From Auanema rhodensis (lineage: Eukaryota > Animalia > Nematoda), in assembly GCA_964057225.1 (NCBI GenBank), contig OZ059894.1, positions 9,176,001 to 9,240,000 on the forward strand: a stretch of 64,000 nt of DNA, in the 5' to 3' direction. A program made the translations under genes and the position numbers. Shown here piece after piece: positions 1 through 14,153 of the stretch; the first letter of the stretch is position 1, and each line of letters begins with the position of its first letter. Below the pieces are notes generated by a model. That model did not search any database. It was not told where the DNA came from and saw nothing but the letters and a program-made list of their open reading frames with translations.

Positions 1-193
1 TATCGAGGCTATGAGTAGACAGAATAAAGAATTCTTGAAGAGTTATCAAGAACAGAAAACCACAGTTGAAATCAATTCGAGTGTTCAAACTCTGGAATCC
101 TCGAATCTGAATAATACTCATTACTGAAACCGAAACTAGGATTCAGATGACCGATAGAACTCAGAAAAAGAATATTTCAAGGTGTCGGAAGGT

Positions 194-197
194 AAAA
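194..197 (-). terminator. Pol III T4 terminator (repeated in essentially every unit)
   Basis: Minus strand ...GGGGCA-ATG-TTTT: a T run 3 nt after the discriminator base. Confidence 0.8.
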
Positions 198-200
198 CAT

Positions 201-273
201 TGCCCCAAACCAGGATCGAACTGGTGACCTTTAGATCTTCAGTCTAACGCTCTCCCAACTGAGCTATCGAGGC
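201..273 (-). tRNA. tRNA-Phe(GAA), first full copy in the window (one acceptor-stem substitution)
   Basis: 73 nt; the + strand reads tgccccaaac instead of the consensus tgccccgaac. Confidence 0.9.
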
Positions 274-464
274 TATGAGTAGACAGAATAAAGAATTCTT
301 GAAGAGTTATCAGGAACAGAAAACCACAGTTGAAATCAATTCGAGTGTTCAAACTCTGGAATCCTGGAAACTGAATAATACTCATTACTGAAACCTAAGC
401 TAGGATTCAGATGACCGATAGAACTCAGAAAAGGAATAATTCAAGGTGTCGGAAGGTAAAACAT

Positions 465-537
465 TGCCCCGAACCAGGATCGAACTGGTGACCTTTAGAT
501 CTTCAGTCTAACGCTCTCCCAACTGAGCTATCGAGGC
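465..537 (-). tRNA. tRNA-Phe(GAA), consensus copy representative of all array units
   Basis: Minus strand GCCTCGATAGCTCAGTTGGGAGAGCGTTAGACTGAAGATCTAAAGGTCACCAGTTCGATCCTGGTTCGGGGCA folds as a cloverleaf. It has A box TAGCTCAGTTGG, anticodon loop CTGAAGA, B box GTTCGATCC and no intron. Confidence 0.98.
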
Positions 538-3500
538 TATGAGTACACAGAATGAAGAATTCTTGAAGAGTTATAAGGAAGAAAAAACCACAGTTGAAAT
601 CAATTCGAGTGTTCAAACTCTGGAATCCTTAAATCTGAATAATACTCATTACTGAAACCTAAGCTAGGATTCAGATGACCGATAGAACTCAGAAAAAGAA
701 TATTTCAAGGTGTCGGAAGGTAAAACATTGCCCCGAACCAGGATCGAACTGGTGACCTTTAGATCTTCAGTCTAACGCTCTCCCAACTGAGCTATCGAGG
801 CTATGAGTACACAGAATAAAGAATTCTTGAAGAGTTATCAAGAACAGAAAACCACAGTTGAAATCAATTCGAGTGTTCAAACTCTGGAATCCTCGAATCT
901 GAATAATACTCATTACTGAAACCGAAACTAGGATTCAGATGACCGATAGAACTCAGAAAAAGAATATTTCAAGGTGTCGGAAGGTAAAACATTGCCCCGA
1001 ACCAGGATCGAACTGGTGACCTTTAGATCTTCAGTCTAACGCTCTCCCAACTGAGCTATCGAGGCTATGAGTACACAGAATGAAGATTTCTTGAAGAGTT
1101 ATCAGTGTCAGAAAACCACTGTTGTAATCAATTCGAGTGTTCAAACTCTGGAATCCTTGAATCTGAATAATACTCATTACTGAAACCGAAACTAGGATTC
1201 AGATGACCGATAGAACTCAGAAAAAGAATATTTCAAGGTGTCGGAAGGTAAAACATTGCCCCGAACCAGGATCGAACTGGTGACCTTTAGATCTTCAGTC
1301 TAACGCTCTCCCAACTGAGCTATCGAGGCTATGAGTAGACAGAATAAAGAATTCTTGAAGAGTTATCAGGAACAGAAAACCACAGTTGAAATCAATTCGA
1401 GTGTTCAAACTCTAGAATCCTCGAATCTGAATAATACTCATTACTGAAACCGAAACTAGGATTCAGATGACCGATAGAACTCAGAAAAAGAATATTTCAA
1501 GGTGTCGGAATGTAAAACATTGCCCCGAACCAGGATCGAACTGGTGACCTTTAGATCTTCAGTCTAACGCTCTCCCAACTGAGCTATCGAGGCTATGAGT
1601 AGACAGAATAAAGAATTCTTGAAGAGTTATAAGGAACAGAAAACCACAGTTGAAATCAATTCGAGTGTTCAAACTCTAGAATCCTCGAATCTGAATAATA
1701 CTCATTACTGAAACCGAAACTAGGATTCAGATGACCGATAGAACTCAGAAAAAGAATATTTCAAGGTGTCGGAATGTAAAACATTGCCCCGAACCAGGAT
1801 CTAACTGGTGACCTTTAGATCTTCAGTCTAACGCTCTCCCAACTGAGCTATCGAGGCTATGAGTAGACAGAATAAAGAAGTCTTGAAGAGTTATAAGGAA
1901 CAGAAAACCACAGTTGAAATCAATTCGAGTGTTCAAACTCTAGAATCCTCGAATCTGAATAATACTCATTACTGAAACCGAAACTAGGATTCAGATGACC
2001 GATAGAACTCAGAAAAAGAATATTTCAAGGTCTCGGAAGGTAAAACATTGCCCCGAACCAGGATCGAACTGGTGACCTTTAGATCTTCAGTCTAACGCTC
2101 TCCCAACTGAGCTATCGAGGCTATGAGTACACAGAATGAAGATTTCTTGAAGAGTTATCAGTGTCAGAAAACCACTGTTGTAATCAATTCGAGTGTTCAA
2201 ACTCTGGAATCCTTGAATCTGAATAATACTCATTACTGAAACCGAAACTAGGATTCAGATGACCGATAGAACTCAGAAAAAGAATATTTCAAGGTGTCGG
2301 AAGGTAAAACATTGCCCCGAACCAGGATCGAACTGGTGACCTTTAGATCTTCAGTCTAACGCTCTCCCAACTGAGCTATCGAGGCTATGAGTAGACAGAA
2401 TAAAGAATTCTTGAAGAGTTATAAGGAACAGAAAACCACAGTTGAAATCAATTCGAGTGTTCAAACTCTGGAATCCTGGAAACTGAATAATACTCATTAC
2501 TGAAACCTAAGCTAGGATTCAGATGACCGATAGAACTCAGAAAAGGAATAATTCAAGGTGTCGGAAGGTAAAACATTGCCCCGAACCAGGATCGAACTGG
2601 TGACCTTTAGATCTTCAGTCTAACGCTCTCCCAACTGAGCTATCGAGGCTATGAGTAGACAGAATAAAGAATTCTTGAAGAGTTATCAAGAACAGAAAAC
2701 CACAGTTGAAATCAATTCGAGTGTTCAAACTCTGGAATCCTCGAATCTGAATAATACTCATTACTGAAACCGAAACTAGGATTCAGATGACCGATAGAAC
2801 TCAGAAAAAGAATATTTCAAGGTGTCGGAATGTAAAACATTGCCCCGAACCAGGATCGAACTGGTGACCTTTAGATCTTCAGTCTAACGCTCTCCCAACT
2901 GAGCTATCGAGGCTATGAGTAGACAGAATAAAGATTTCTTGAAGAGTTATCAGTGTCAGAAAACCACTGTTGAAATCAATTCGAGTGTTCAAACTCTGGA
3001 ATCCTTGAATCTGAATAATACTCATTACTGAAACCGAAACTAGGATTCAGATGACCGATAGAACTCAGAAAAAGAATATTTCAAGGTGTCGGAAGGTAAA
3101 ACATTGCCCCGAACCAGGATCGAACTGGTGACCTTTACATCTTCAGTCTAACGCTCTCCCAACTGAGCTATCGAGGCTATGAGTAGACAGAATAAAGATT
3201 TCTTGAAGAGTTATCAGTGTCAGAAAACCACTGTTGAAATCAATTCGAGTGTTCAAACTCTGGAATCCTTGAATCTGAATAATACTCATTACTGAAACCG
3301 AAACTAGGATTCAGATGACCGATAGAACTCAGAAAAAGAATATTTCAAGGTGTCGGAAGGTAAAACATTGCCCCGAACCAGGATCGAACTGGTGACCTTT
3401 AGATCTTCAGTCTAACGCTCTCCCAACTGAGCTATCGAGGCTATGAGTAGACAGAATAAAGATTTCTTGAAGAGTTATCAGTGTCAGAAAACCACTGTTG

Positions 3501-6500
3501 AAATCAATTCGAGTGTTCAAACTCTGGAATCCTTGAATCTGAATAATACTCATTACTGAAACCGAAACTAGGATTCAGATGACCGATAGAACTCAGAAAA
3601 AGAATATTTCAAGGTGTCGGAATGTAAAACATTGCCCCGAACCAGGATCGAACTGGTGACCTTTAGATCTTCAGTCTAACGCTCTCCCAACTGAGCTATC
3701 GAGGCTATGAGTACACAGAATGAAGATTTCTTGAAGAGTTATCAGTGTCAGAAAACCACTGTTGTAATCAATTCGAGTGTTCAAACTCTGGAATCCTTGA
3801 ATCTGAATAATACTCATTACTGAAACCGAAACTAGGATTCAGATGACCGATAGAACTCAGAAAAAGAATATTTCAAGGTGTCGGAAGGTAAAACATTGCC
3901 CCGAACCAGGATCGAACTGGTGACCTTTAGATCTTCAGTCTAACGCTCTCCCAACTGAGCTATCGAGGCTATGAGTAGACAGAATAAAGAATTCTTGAAG
4001 AGTTATCAGGAACAGAAAACCACAGTTGAAATCAATTCGAGTGTTCAAACTCTAGAATCCTCGAATCTGAATAATACTCATTACTGAAACCGAAACTAGG
4101 ATTCAGATGACCGATAGAACTCAGAAAAAGAATATTTCAAGGTGTCGGAATGTAAAACATTGCCCCGAACCAGGATCGAACTGGTGACCTTTAGATCTTC
4201 AGTCTAACGCTCTCCCAACTGAGCTATCGAGGCTATGAGTAGACAGAATAAAGAATTCTTGAAGAGTTATAAGGAACAGAAAACCACAGTTGAAATCAAT
4301 TCGAGTGTTCAAACTCTAGAATCCTCGAATCTGAATAATACTCATTACTGAAACCGAAACTAGGATTCAGATGACCGATAGAACTCAGAAAAAGAATATT
4401 TCAAGGTGTCGGAAGGTAAAACATTGCCCCGAACCAGGATCGAACTGGTGACCTTTAGATCTTCAGTCTAACGCTCTCCCAACTGAGCTATCGAGGCTAT
4501 GAGTACACAGAATGAAGATTTCTTGAAGAGTTATCAGTGTCAGAAAACCACTGTTGTAATCAATTCGAGTGTTCAAACTCTGGAATCCTTGAATCTGAAT
4601 AATACTCATTACTGAAACCGAAACTAGGATTCAGATGACCGATAGAACTCAGAAAAAGAATATTTCAAGGTGTCGGAAGGTAAAACATTGCCCCGAACCA
4701 GGATCGAACTGGTGACCGTTAGATCTTCAGTCTAACGCTCTCCCAACTGAGCTATCGAGGCTATGAGTAGACAGAATAAAGAATTCTTGAAGAGTTATAA
4801 GGAACAGAAAACCACAGTTGAAATCAATTCGAGTGTTCAAACTCTGGAATCCTGGAAACTGAATAATACTCATTACTGAAACCTAAGCTAGGATTCAGAT
4901 GACCGATAGAACTCAGAAAAGGAATAATTCAAGGTGTCGGAAGGTAAAACATTGCCCCGAACCAGGATCGAACTGGTGACCTTTAGATCTTCAGTCTAAC
5001 GCTCTCCCAACTGAGCTATCGAGGCTATGAGTAGACAGAATAAAGAATTCTTGAAGAGTTATCAAGAACAGAAAACCACAGTTGAAATCAATTCGAGTGT
5101 TCAAACTCTGGAATCCTCGAATCTGAATAATACTCATTACTGAAACCGAAACTAGGATTCAGATGACCGATAGAACTCAGAAAAAGAATATTTCAAGGTG
5201 TCGGAATGTAAAACATTGCCCCGAACCAGGATCGAACTGGTGACCTTTAGATCTTCAGTCTAACGCTCTCCCAACTGAGCTATCGAGGCTATGAGTAGAC
5301 AGAATAAAGATTTCTTGAAGAGTTATCAGTGTCAGAAAACCACTGTTGAAATCAATTCGAGTGTTCAAACTCTGGAATCCTTGAATCTGAATAATACTCA
5401 TTACTGAAACCGAAACTAGGATTCAGATGACCGATAGAACTCAGAAAAAGAATATTTCAAGGTGTCGGAAGGTAAAACATTGCCCCGAACCAGGATCGAA
5501 CTGGTGACCTTTAGATCTTCAGTCTAACGCTCTCCCAACTGAGCTATCGAGGCTATGAGTAGACAGAATAAAGATTTCTTGAAGAGTTATCAGTGTCAGA
5601 AAACCACTGTTGAAATCAATTCGAGTGTTCAAACTCTGGAATCCTTGAATCTGAATAATACTCATTACTGAAACCGAAACTAGGATTCAGATGACCGATA
5701 GAACTCAGAAAAAGAATATTTCAAGGTGTCGGAAGGTAAAACATTGCCCCGAACCAGGATCGAACTGGTGACCTTTAGATCTTCAGTCTAACGCTCTCCC
5801 AACTGAGCTATCGAGGCTATGAGTAGACAGAATAAAGATTTCTTGAAGAGTTATCAGTGTCAGAAAACCACTGTTGAAATCAATTCGAGTGTTCAAACTC
5901 TGGAATCCTTGAATCTGAATAATACTCATTACTGAAACCGAAACTAGGATTCAGATGACCGATAGAACTCAGAAAAAGAATATTTCAAGGTGTCGGAAGG
6001 TAAAACATTGCCCCGAACCAGGATCGAACTGGTGACCTTTAGATCTTCAGTCTAACGCTCTCCCAACTGAGCTATCGAGGCTATGAGTAGACAGAATAAA
6101 GATTTCTTGAAGAGTTATCAGTGTCAGAAAACCACTGTTGAAATCAATTCGAGTGTTCAAACTCTGGAATCCTTGAATCTGAATAATACTCATTACTGAA
6201 ACCGAAACTAGGATTCAGATGACCGATAGAACTCAGAAAAAGAATATTTCAAGGTGTCGGAAGGTAAAACATTGCTCCGAACCAGGATCGAACTGGTGAC
6301 CTTTAGATCTTCAGTCTAACGCTCTCCCAACTGAGCTATCGAGGCTATGAGTAGACAGAATAAAGATTTCTTGAAGAGTTATCAGTGTCAGAAAACCACT
6401 GTTGAAATCAATTCGAGTGTTCAAACTCTGGAATCCTTGAATCTGAATAATACTCATTACTGAAACCGAAACTAGGATTCAGATGACCGATAGAACTCAG

Positions 6501-9500
6501 AAAAAGAATATTTCAAGGTGTCGGAATGTAAAACATTGCCCCGAACCAGGATCGAACTGGTGACCTTTAGATCTTCAGTCTAACGCTCTCCCAACTGAGC
6601 TATCGAGGCTATGAGTAGACAGAATAAAGATTTCTTGAAGAGTTATCAAGAACAGAAAACCACAGTTGAAATCAATTCGAGTGTTCAAACTCTGGAATCC
6701 TCGAATCTGAATAATACTCATTACTGAAACCGAAACTAGGATTCAGATGACCGATAGAACTCAGAAAAAGAATATTTCAAGGTGTCGGAATGTAAAACAT
6801 TGCCCCGAACCAGGATCGAACTGGTGACCTTTAGATCTTCAGTCTAACGCTCTCCCAACTGAGCTATCGAGGCTATGAGTAGACAGAATAAAGATTTCTT
6901 GAAGAGTTATCAGTGTCAGAAAACCACTGTTGAAATCAATTCGAGTGTTCAAACTCTGGAATCCTTGAATCTGAATAATACTCATTACTGAAACCGAAAC
7001 TAGGATTCAGATGACCGATAGAACTCAGAAAAAGAATATTTCAAGGTGTCGGAAGGTAAAACATTGCCCCGAACCAGGATCGAACTGGTGACCTTTAGAT
7101 CTTCAGTCTAACGCTCTCCCAACTGAGCTATCGAGGCTATGAGTAGACAGAATAAAGATTTCTTGAAGAGTTATCAGTGTCAGAAAACCACTGTTGAAAT
7201 CAATTCGAGTGTTCAAACTCTGGAATCCTTGAATCTGAATAATACTCATTACTGAAACCGAAACTAGGATTCAGATGACCGATAGAACTCAGAAAAAGAA
7301 TATTTCAAGGTGTCGGAAGGTAAAACATTGCCCCGAACCAGGATCGAACTGGTGACCTTTAGATCTTCAGTCTAACGCTCTCCCAACTGAGCTATCGAGG
7401 CTATGAGTAGACAGAATAAAGATTTCTTGAAGAGTTATCAGTGTCAGAAAACCACTGTTGAAATCAATTCGAGTGTTCAAACTCTGGAATCCTTGAATCT
7501 GAATAATACTCATTACTGAAACCGAAACTAGGATTCAGATGACCGATAGAACTCAGAAAAAGAATATTTCAAGGTGTCGGAATGTAAAACATTGCCCCGA
7601 ACCAGGATCGAACTGGTGACCTTTAGATCTTCAGTCTAACGCTCTCCCAACTGAGCTATCGAGGCTATGAGTAGACAGAATAAAGATTTCTTGAAGAGTT
7701 ATCAGTGTCAGAAAACCACTGTTGAAATCAATTCGAGTGTTCAAACTCTGGAATCCTTGAATCTGAATAATACTCATTACTGAAACCGAAACTAGGATTC
7801 AGATGACCGATAGAACTCAGAAAAAGAATATTTCAAGGTGTCGGAAGGTAAAACATTGCCCCGAACCAGGATCGAACTGGTGACCTTTAGATCTTCAGTC
7901 TAACGCTCTCCCAACTGAGCTATCGAGGCTATGAGTAGACAGAATAAAGATTTCTTGAAGAGTTATCAGTGTCAGAAAACCACTGTTGAAATCAATTCGA
8001 GTGTTCAAACTCTGGAATCCTTGAATCTGAATAATACTCATTACTGAAACCGAAACTAGGATTCAGATGACCGATAGAACTCAGAAAAAGAATATTTCAA
8101 GGTGTCGGAAGGTAAAACATTGCCCCGAACCAGGATCGAACTGGTGACCTTTAGATCTTCAGTCTAACGCTCTCCCAACTGAGCTATCGAGGATATGAGT
8201 AGACAGAATAAAGATTTCTTGAAGAGTTATCAGTGTCAGAAAACCACTGTTGAAATCAATTCGAGTGTTCAAACTCTGGAATCCTTGAATCTGAATAATA
8301 CTCATTACTGAAACCGAAACTAGGATTCAGATGACCGATAGAACTCAGAAAAAGAATATTTCAAGGTGTCGGAAGGTAAAACATTGCCCCGAACCAGGAT
8401 CGAACTGGTGACCTTTAGATCTTCAGTCTAACGCTCTCCCAACTGAGCTATCGAGGCTATGAGTAGACAGAATAAAGATTTCTTGAAGAGTTATCAGTGT
8501 CAAAAAACCACTGTTGAAATCAATTCGAGTGTTCAAACTCTGGAATCCTTGAATCTGAATAATACTCATTACTGAAACCGAAACTAGGATTCAGATGACC
8601 GATAGAACTCGGAAAAAGAATATTGCAAGGTGTCGGAAGGTAAAACATTGCCCCGAACCAGGATCGAACTGGTGACCTTTAGATCTTCAGTCTAACGCTC
8701 TCCCAACTGAGCTATCGAGGCTATGAGTAGACAGAATAAAGATTTCTTGAAGAGTTATCAGTGTCAAAAAACCACTGTTGAAATCAATTCGAGTGTTCAA
8801 ACTCTGGAATCCTTGAATCTGAATAATACTCATTACTGAAACCGAAACTAGGATTCAGATGACCGATACAACTCAGAAAAAGAATATTTCAAGGTGTCGG
8901 AAGGTAAAACATTGCCCCGAACCAGGATCGAACTGGTGACCTTTAGATCTTCAGTCTAACGCTCTCCCAACTGAGCTATCGAGGCTATGAGTAGACAGAA
9001 TAAAGATTTCTTGAAGAGTTATCAGTGTCAGAAAACCACTGTTGAAATCAATTCGAGTGTTCAAACTCTGGAATCCTTGAATCTGAATAATACTCATTAC
9101 TGAAACCGAAACTAGGATTCAGATGACCGATAGAACTCAGAAAAAGAATATTTCAAGGTGTCGGAAGGTAAAACATTGCCCCGAACCAGGATCGAACTGG
9201 TGACCTTTAGATCTTCAGTCTAACGCTCTCCCAACTGAGCTATCGAGGCTATGAGTAGACAGAATAAAGATTTCTTGAAGAGTTATCAGTGTCAGAAAAC
9301 CACAGTTGAAATCAATTCCAATGTTCAAACTCTGGAATCCTCGAATCTGAATAATACTCATTACTGAAACCGAAACTAGGATTCAGATGACCGATAGAAC
9401 TCAGAAAAAGAATATTTCAAGGTGTCGGAAGGTAAAACATTGCCCCGAACCAGGATCGAACTGGTGACCTTTAGATCTTCAGTCTAACGCTCTCCCAACT

Positions 9501-12500
9501 GAGCTATCGAGGCTATGAGTAGACAGAATAAAGATTTCTTGAAGAGTTATCAGTGTCAGAAAACCACAGTTGAAATCAATTCCAATGTTCAAACTCTGGA
9601 ATCCTCGAATCTGAATAATACTCATTACTGAAACCGAAACTAGGATTCAGATGACCGATAGAACTCAGAAAAAGAATATTTCAAGGTGTCGGAAGGTAAA
9701 ACATTGCCCCGAACCAGGATCGAACTGGTGACCTTTAGATCTTCAGTCTAACGCTCTCCCAACTGAGCTATCGAGGCTATGAGTAGACAGAATAAAGATT
9801 TCTTGAAGAGTTATCAGTGTCAGAAAACCACTGTTGAAATCAATTCGAGTGTTCAAACTCTGGAATCCTTGAATCTGAATAATACTCATTACTGAAACCG
9901 AAACTAGGATTCAGATGACCGATAGAACTCAGAAAAAGAATATTTCAAGGTGTCGGAAGGTAAAACATTGCCCCGAACCAGGATCGAACTGGTGACCTTT
10001 AGATCTTCAGTCTAACGCTCTCCCAACTGAGCTATCGAGGCTATGAGTAGACAGAATAAAGATTTCTTGAAGAGTTATCAGTGTCAGAAAACCACTGTTG
10101 AAATCAATTCGAGTGTTCAAACTCTGGAATCCTTGAATCTGAATAATACTCATTACTGAAACCGAAACTAGGATTCAGATGACCGATAGAACTCAGAAAA
10201 AGAATATTTCAAGGTGTCGGAAGGTAAAACATTGCCCCGAACCAGGATCGAACTGGTGACCTTTAGATCTTCAGTCTAACGCTCTCCCAACTGAGCTATC
10301 GAGGCTATGAGTAGACAGAATGAAGAATTCTTGAAGAGTTATAAGGAACAAAAAACCACAGTTGAAATCAATTCGAGTGTTCAAACTCTGGAATCCTTGA
10401 ATCTGAATAATACTCATTACTGAAACCGAAACTAGGATTCAGATGACCGATAGAACTCAGAAAAAGAATATTTCAAGGTGTCGGAAGGTAAAACATTGCC
10501 CCGAACCAGGATCGAACTGGTGACCTTTAGATCTTCAGTCTAACGCTCTCCCAACTGAGCTATCGAGGCTATGAGTAGACAGAATAAAGATTTCTTGAAG
10601 AGTTATCAGTGTCAGAAAACCACTGTTGAAATCAATTCGAGTGTTCAAACTCTGGAATCCTTGAATCTGAATAATACTCATTACTGAAACCGAAACTAGG
10701 ATTCAGATGACCGATAGAACTCAGAAAAAGAATATTTCAAGGTGTCGGAAGGTAATACATTGCCCCGAACCAGGATCGAACTGGTGACCTTTAGATCTTC
10801 AGTCTAACGCTCTCCCAACTGAGCTATCGAGGCTATGAGTAGACAGAATAAAGATTTCTTGAAGAGTTATCAGTGTCAGAAAACCACTGTTGAAATCAAT
10901 TCGAGTGTTCAAACTCTGGAATCCTTGAATCTGAATAATACTCATTACTGAAACCGAAACTAGGAATCAGATGACCGATAGAACTCAGAAAAAGAATATT
11001 TCAAGGTGTCGGAATGTAAAACATTGCCCCGAACCAGGATCGAACTGGTGACCTTTAGATCTTCAGTCTAACGCTCTCCCAACTGAGCTATCGAGGCTAT
11101 GAGTAGACAGAATAAAGATTTCTTGAAGAGTTATCAGTGTCAGAAAACCACTGTTGAAATCAATTCGAGTGTTCAAACTCTGGAATCCTTGAATCTGAAT
11201 AATACTCATTACTGAAACCGAAACTAGGATTCAGATGACCGATAGAACTCAGAAAAAGAATATTTCAAGGTGTCGGAAGGTAAAACATTGCCCCGAACCA
11301 GGATCGAACTGGTGACCTTTAGATCTTCAGTCTAACGCTCTCCCAACTGAGCTATCGAGGCTATGAGTAGACAGAATAAAGATTTCTTGAAGAGTTATCA
11401 GTGTCAGAAAACCACTGTTGAAATCAATTCGAGTGTTCAAACTCTGGAATCCTTGAATCTGAATAATACTCATTACTGAAACCGAAACTAGGATTCAGAT
11501 GACCGATAGAACTCAGAAAAAGAATATTTCAAGGTGTCGGAAGGTAAAACATTGCCCCGAACCAGGATCGAACTGGTGACCTTTAGATCTTCAGTCTAAC
11601 GCTCTCCCAACTGAGCTATCGAGGCTATGAGTAGACAGAATAAAGAATTCTTGAAGAGTTATCAGGAACAGAAAACCACAGTTGAAATCAATTCGAGTGT
11701 TCAAACTCTAGAATCCTCGAATCTGAATAATACTCATTACTGAAACCGAAACTAGGATTCAGATGACCGATAGAACTCAGAAAAAGAATATTTCAAGGTG
11801 TCGGAATGTAAAACATTGCCCCGAACCAGGATCGAACTGGTGACCTTTAGATCTTCAGTCTAACGCTCTCCCAACTGAGCTATCGAGGCTATGAGTAGAC
11901 AGAATAAAGATTTCTTGAAGAGTTATCAGTGTCAGAAAACCACTGTTGAAATCAATTCGAGTGTTCAAACTCTGGAATCCTTGAATCTGAATAATACTCA
12001 TTACTGAAACCGAAACTAGGAATCAGATGACCGATAGAACTCAGAAAAAGAATATTTCAAGGTGTCGGAATGTAAAACATTGCCCCGAACCAGGATCGAA
12101 CTGGTGACCTTTAGATCTTCAGTCTAACGCTCTCCCAACTGAGCTATCGAGGCTATGAGTAGACAGAATAAAGATTTCTTGAAGAGTTATCAGTGTCAGA
12201 AAACCACTGTTGAAATCAATTCGAGTGTTCAAACTCTGGAATCCTTGAATCTGAATAATACTCATTACTGAAACCGAAACTAGGATTCAGATGACCGATA
12301 GAACTCAGAAAAAGAATATTTCAAGGTGTCGGAAGGTAAAACATTGCCCCGAACCAGGATCGAACTGGTGACCTTTAGATCTTCAGTCTAACGCTCTCCC
12401 AACTGAGCTATCGAGGCTATGAGTAGACAGAATAAAGATTTCTTGAAGAGTTATCAGTGTCAGAAAACCACTGTTGAAATCAATTCGAGTGTTCAAACTC

Positions 12501-12684
12501 TGGAATCCTTGAATCTGAATAATACTCATTACTGAAACCGAAACTAGGATTCAGATGACCGATAGAACTCAGAAAAAGAATATTTCAAGGTGTCGGAAGG
12601 TAAAACATTGCCCCGAACCAGGATCGAACTGGTGACCTTTAGATCTTCAGTCTAACGCTCTCCCAACTGAGCTATCGAGGCTAT

Positions 12685-12744
12685 GATCGAACTGGTGACC
12701 TTTAGATCTTCAGTCTAACGCTCTCCCAACTGAGCTATCGAGGC
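12685..12744 (-). pseudogene. 3'-truncated tRNA-Phe produced by a 63-bp tandem duplication
   Basis: Junction ctatGA|tcgaactgg; the array phase shifts by exactly 63 bp afterwards. Confidence 0.9.
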
Positions 12745-13199
12745 TATGAGTAGACAGAATAAAGATTTCTTGAAGAGTTATCAGTGTCAGAAAACCACTG
12801 TTGAAATCAATTCGAGTGTTCAAACTCTGGAATCCTTGAATCTGAATAATACTCATTACTGAAACCGAAACTAGGATTCAGATGACCGATAGAACCCAGA
12901 AAAGGAATATTTCAAGGTGTCGGAAGGAAAAACATTGCCCCGAACCAGGATCGAACTGGTGACCTTTAGATCTTCAGTCTAACGCTCTCCCAACTGAGCT
13001 ATCGAGGCTATGAGTAGACAGAATAAAGATTTCTTGAAGAGTTATCAGTGTCAGAAAACCACTGTTGAAATCAATTCGAGTGTTCAAACTCTGGAATCCT
13101 TGAATCTGAATAATACTCATTACTGAAACCGAAACTAGGATTCAGATGACCGATAGAACTCAGAAAAAGAATATTTCAAGGTGTAGGAAGGTAAAACAT

Positions 13200-13272
13200 T
13201 GCCCCGAACCAGGATCGAACTGGTGACCTTTAGATCTTCAGTGTAACGTTCTCCCAACTGAGTTATCGAGGC
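13200..13272 (-). pseudogene. Degenerate terminal tRNA-Phe copy of block A
   Basis: Three substitutions versus consensus (gtGtaacgTtct, gagTtatc) in the anticodon and D stems. Confidence 0.75.
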
Positions 13273-13463
13273 TATGAGTAGACAGAATAAATTTTTGTCA
13301 TTTTCGATCAATTCTCTGTTGAGATGTCAATTTCATTTTTAATTTTCTATTTTCGTGTATAAATGCGCAAAAAATGTATCATTTTCACACTTTTTAGAAA
13401 ATCAGTGGATGTCGAAGGATGTCGATTTTCAATAGGATGTGGTATTATAAAAATGAAACATTT

Positions 13464-14153
13464 TTATTGATCTACCTGGTATAACACAACAGTAGCAATA
13501 TAGAAATATAGAATAAAAATTAGATTTGACCAGATGGAACGTATACTTTTCCCAATCAGGCATGATCCCCAACCTCAGTTTCCTCAAATAGTCCACACCG
13601 AGTAGATTGGCTTCAGCAAAATGATGCTTAGAGGTATGACATGGGACAGCTATGGCTTCATCCTGAACATTTAAAATTAATCATTAAACTTAAATAGAAG
13701 AAAATAAACCTGAATGGTGATGTTATGCAAACTGTGAGTGAAGCTTTCTCCTACAATCACTTCAAGTGTTTTCACCGAAAGGTAAGAATACGGAGCTCCA
13801 GAATCGACGAGGAACCACACATTACAAGCTTCTGCATTGGGATTTCCTGCAAGTTTTCATAATTATAACTAACTTAATAATATCATAAATCATACCGACG
13901 TGTCTGCAGATGAGAGGAACCATCAAACGCATGTTTCTACCATATATTTGACCCGTTACAGGAAAAGGCTCAGATGAATATGATCCAGGTGACAAATTGT
14001 GAACACCGAAAGCGGCTCCGATCTAAGAACATAAATATTGGACAAAATATTAAAAATACAACCTACCTCGCTCAACTCATTTTCGTCGATATCCGGAACA
14101 GTAACGTCGAAATTTTTGTGAGAGATGTAGCCCGCACTATCGAACAAAGGTGT
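13464..14153 (-). CDS. Spliced single-domain retropepsin-like (clan AA) aspartyl protease gene; 5' end unresolved
   Basis: Exons 14153-14067, 14022-13896, 13846-13710 and 13662-13531 are joined by GT-AG introns of 44, 49 and 47 nt with consistent phases. The product includes NVWFLVDSGAPYSYLS (DSG at 13797-13805) and ANLLGVDYL. The last exon is either 13475-13464 (weak donor; stop overlaps AATAAA) or read-through to TGA at 13429. Confidence 0.85.

Larger units (their letters stand above)
1..13291 (-). repeat. tRNA-Phe(GAA) tandem array, block A: 264-bp unit, 50 full-length tRNA copies; continues off the left window edge
   Basis: tRNA copies start at 201+264n up to 12609, then at 12936 and 13200 after a 63-bp partial duplication. 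Spacers mostly carry the 'tcgagtgttc' haplotype. Confidence 0.98.

Noticed and set aside
274-464. Second RNA gene (SL, snRNA or 5S) in the array spacer
   Set aside because: No recognisable SL1, Sm-site-flanking structure or Pol III boxes were seen, and the spacer is polymorphic throughout.
1-13291. CRISPR-like repeat-spacer array
   Set aside because: Spacers are near-identical copies rather than unique, the conserved part is a tRNA gene, and the context is eukaryotic.
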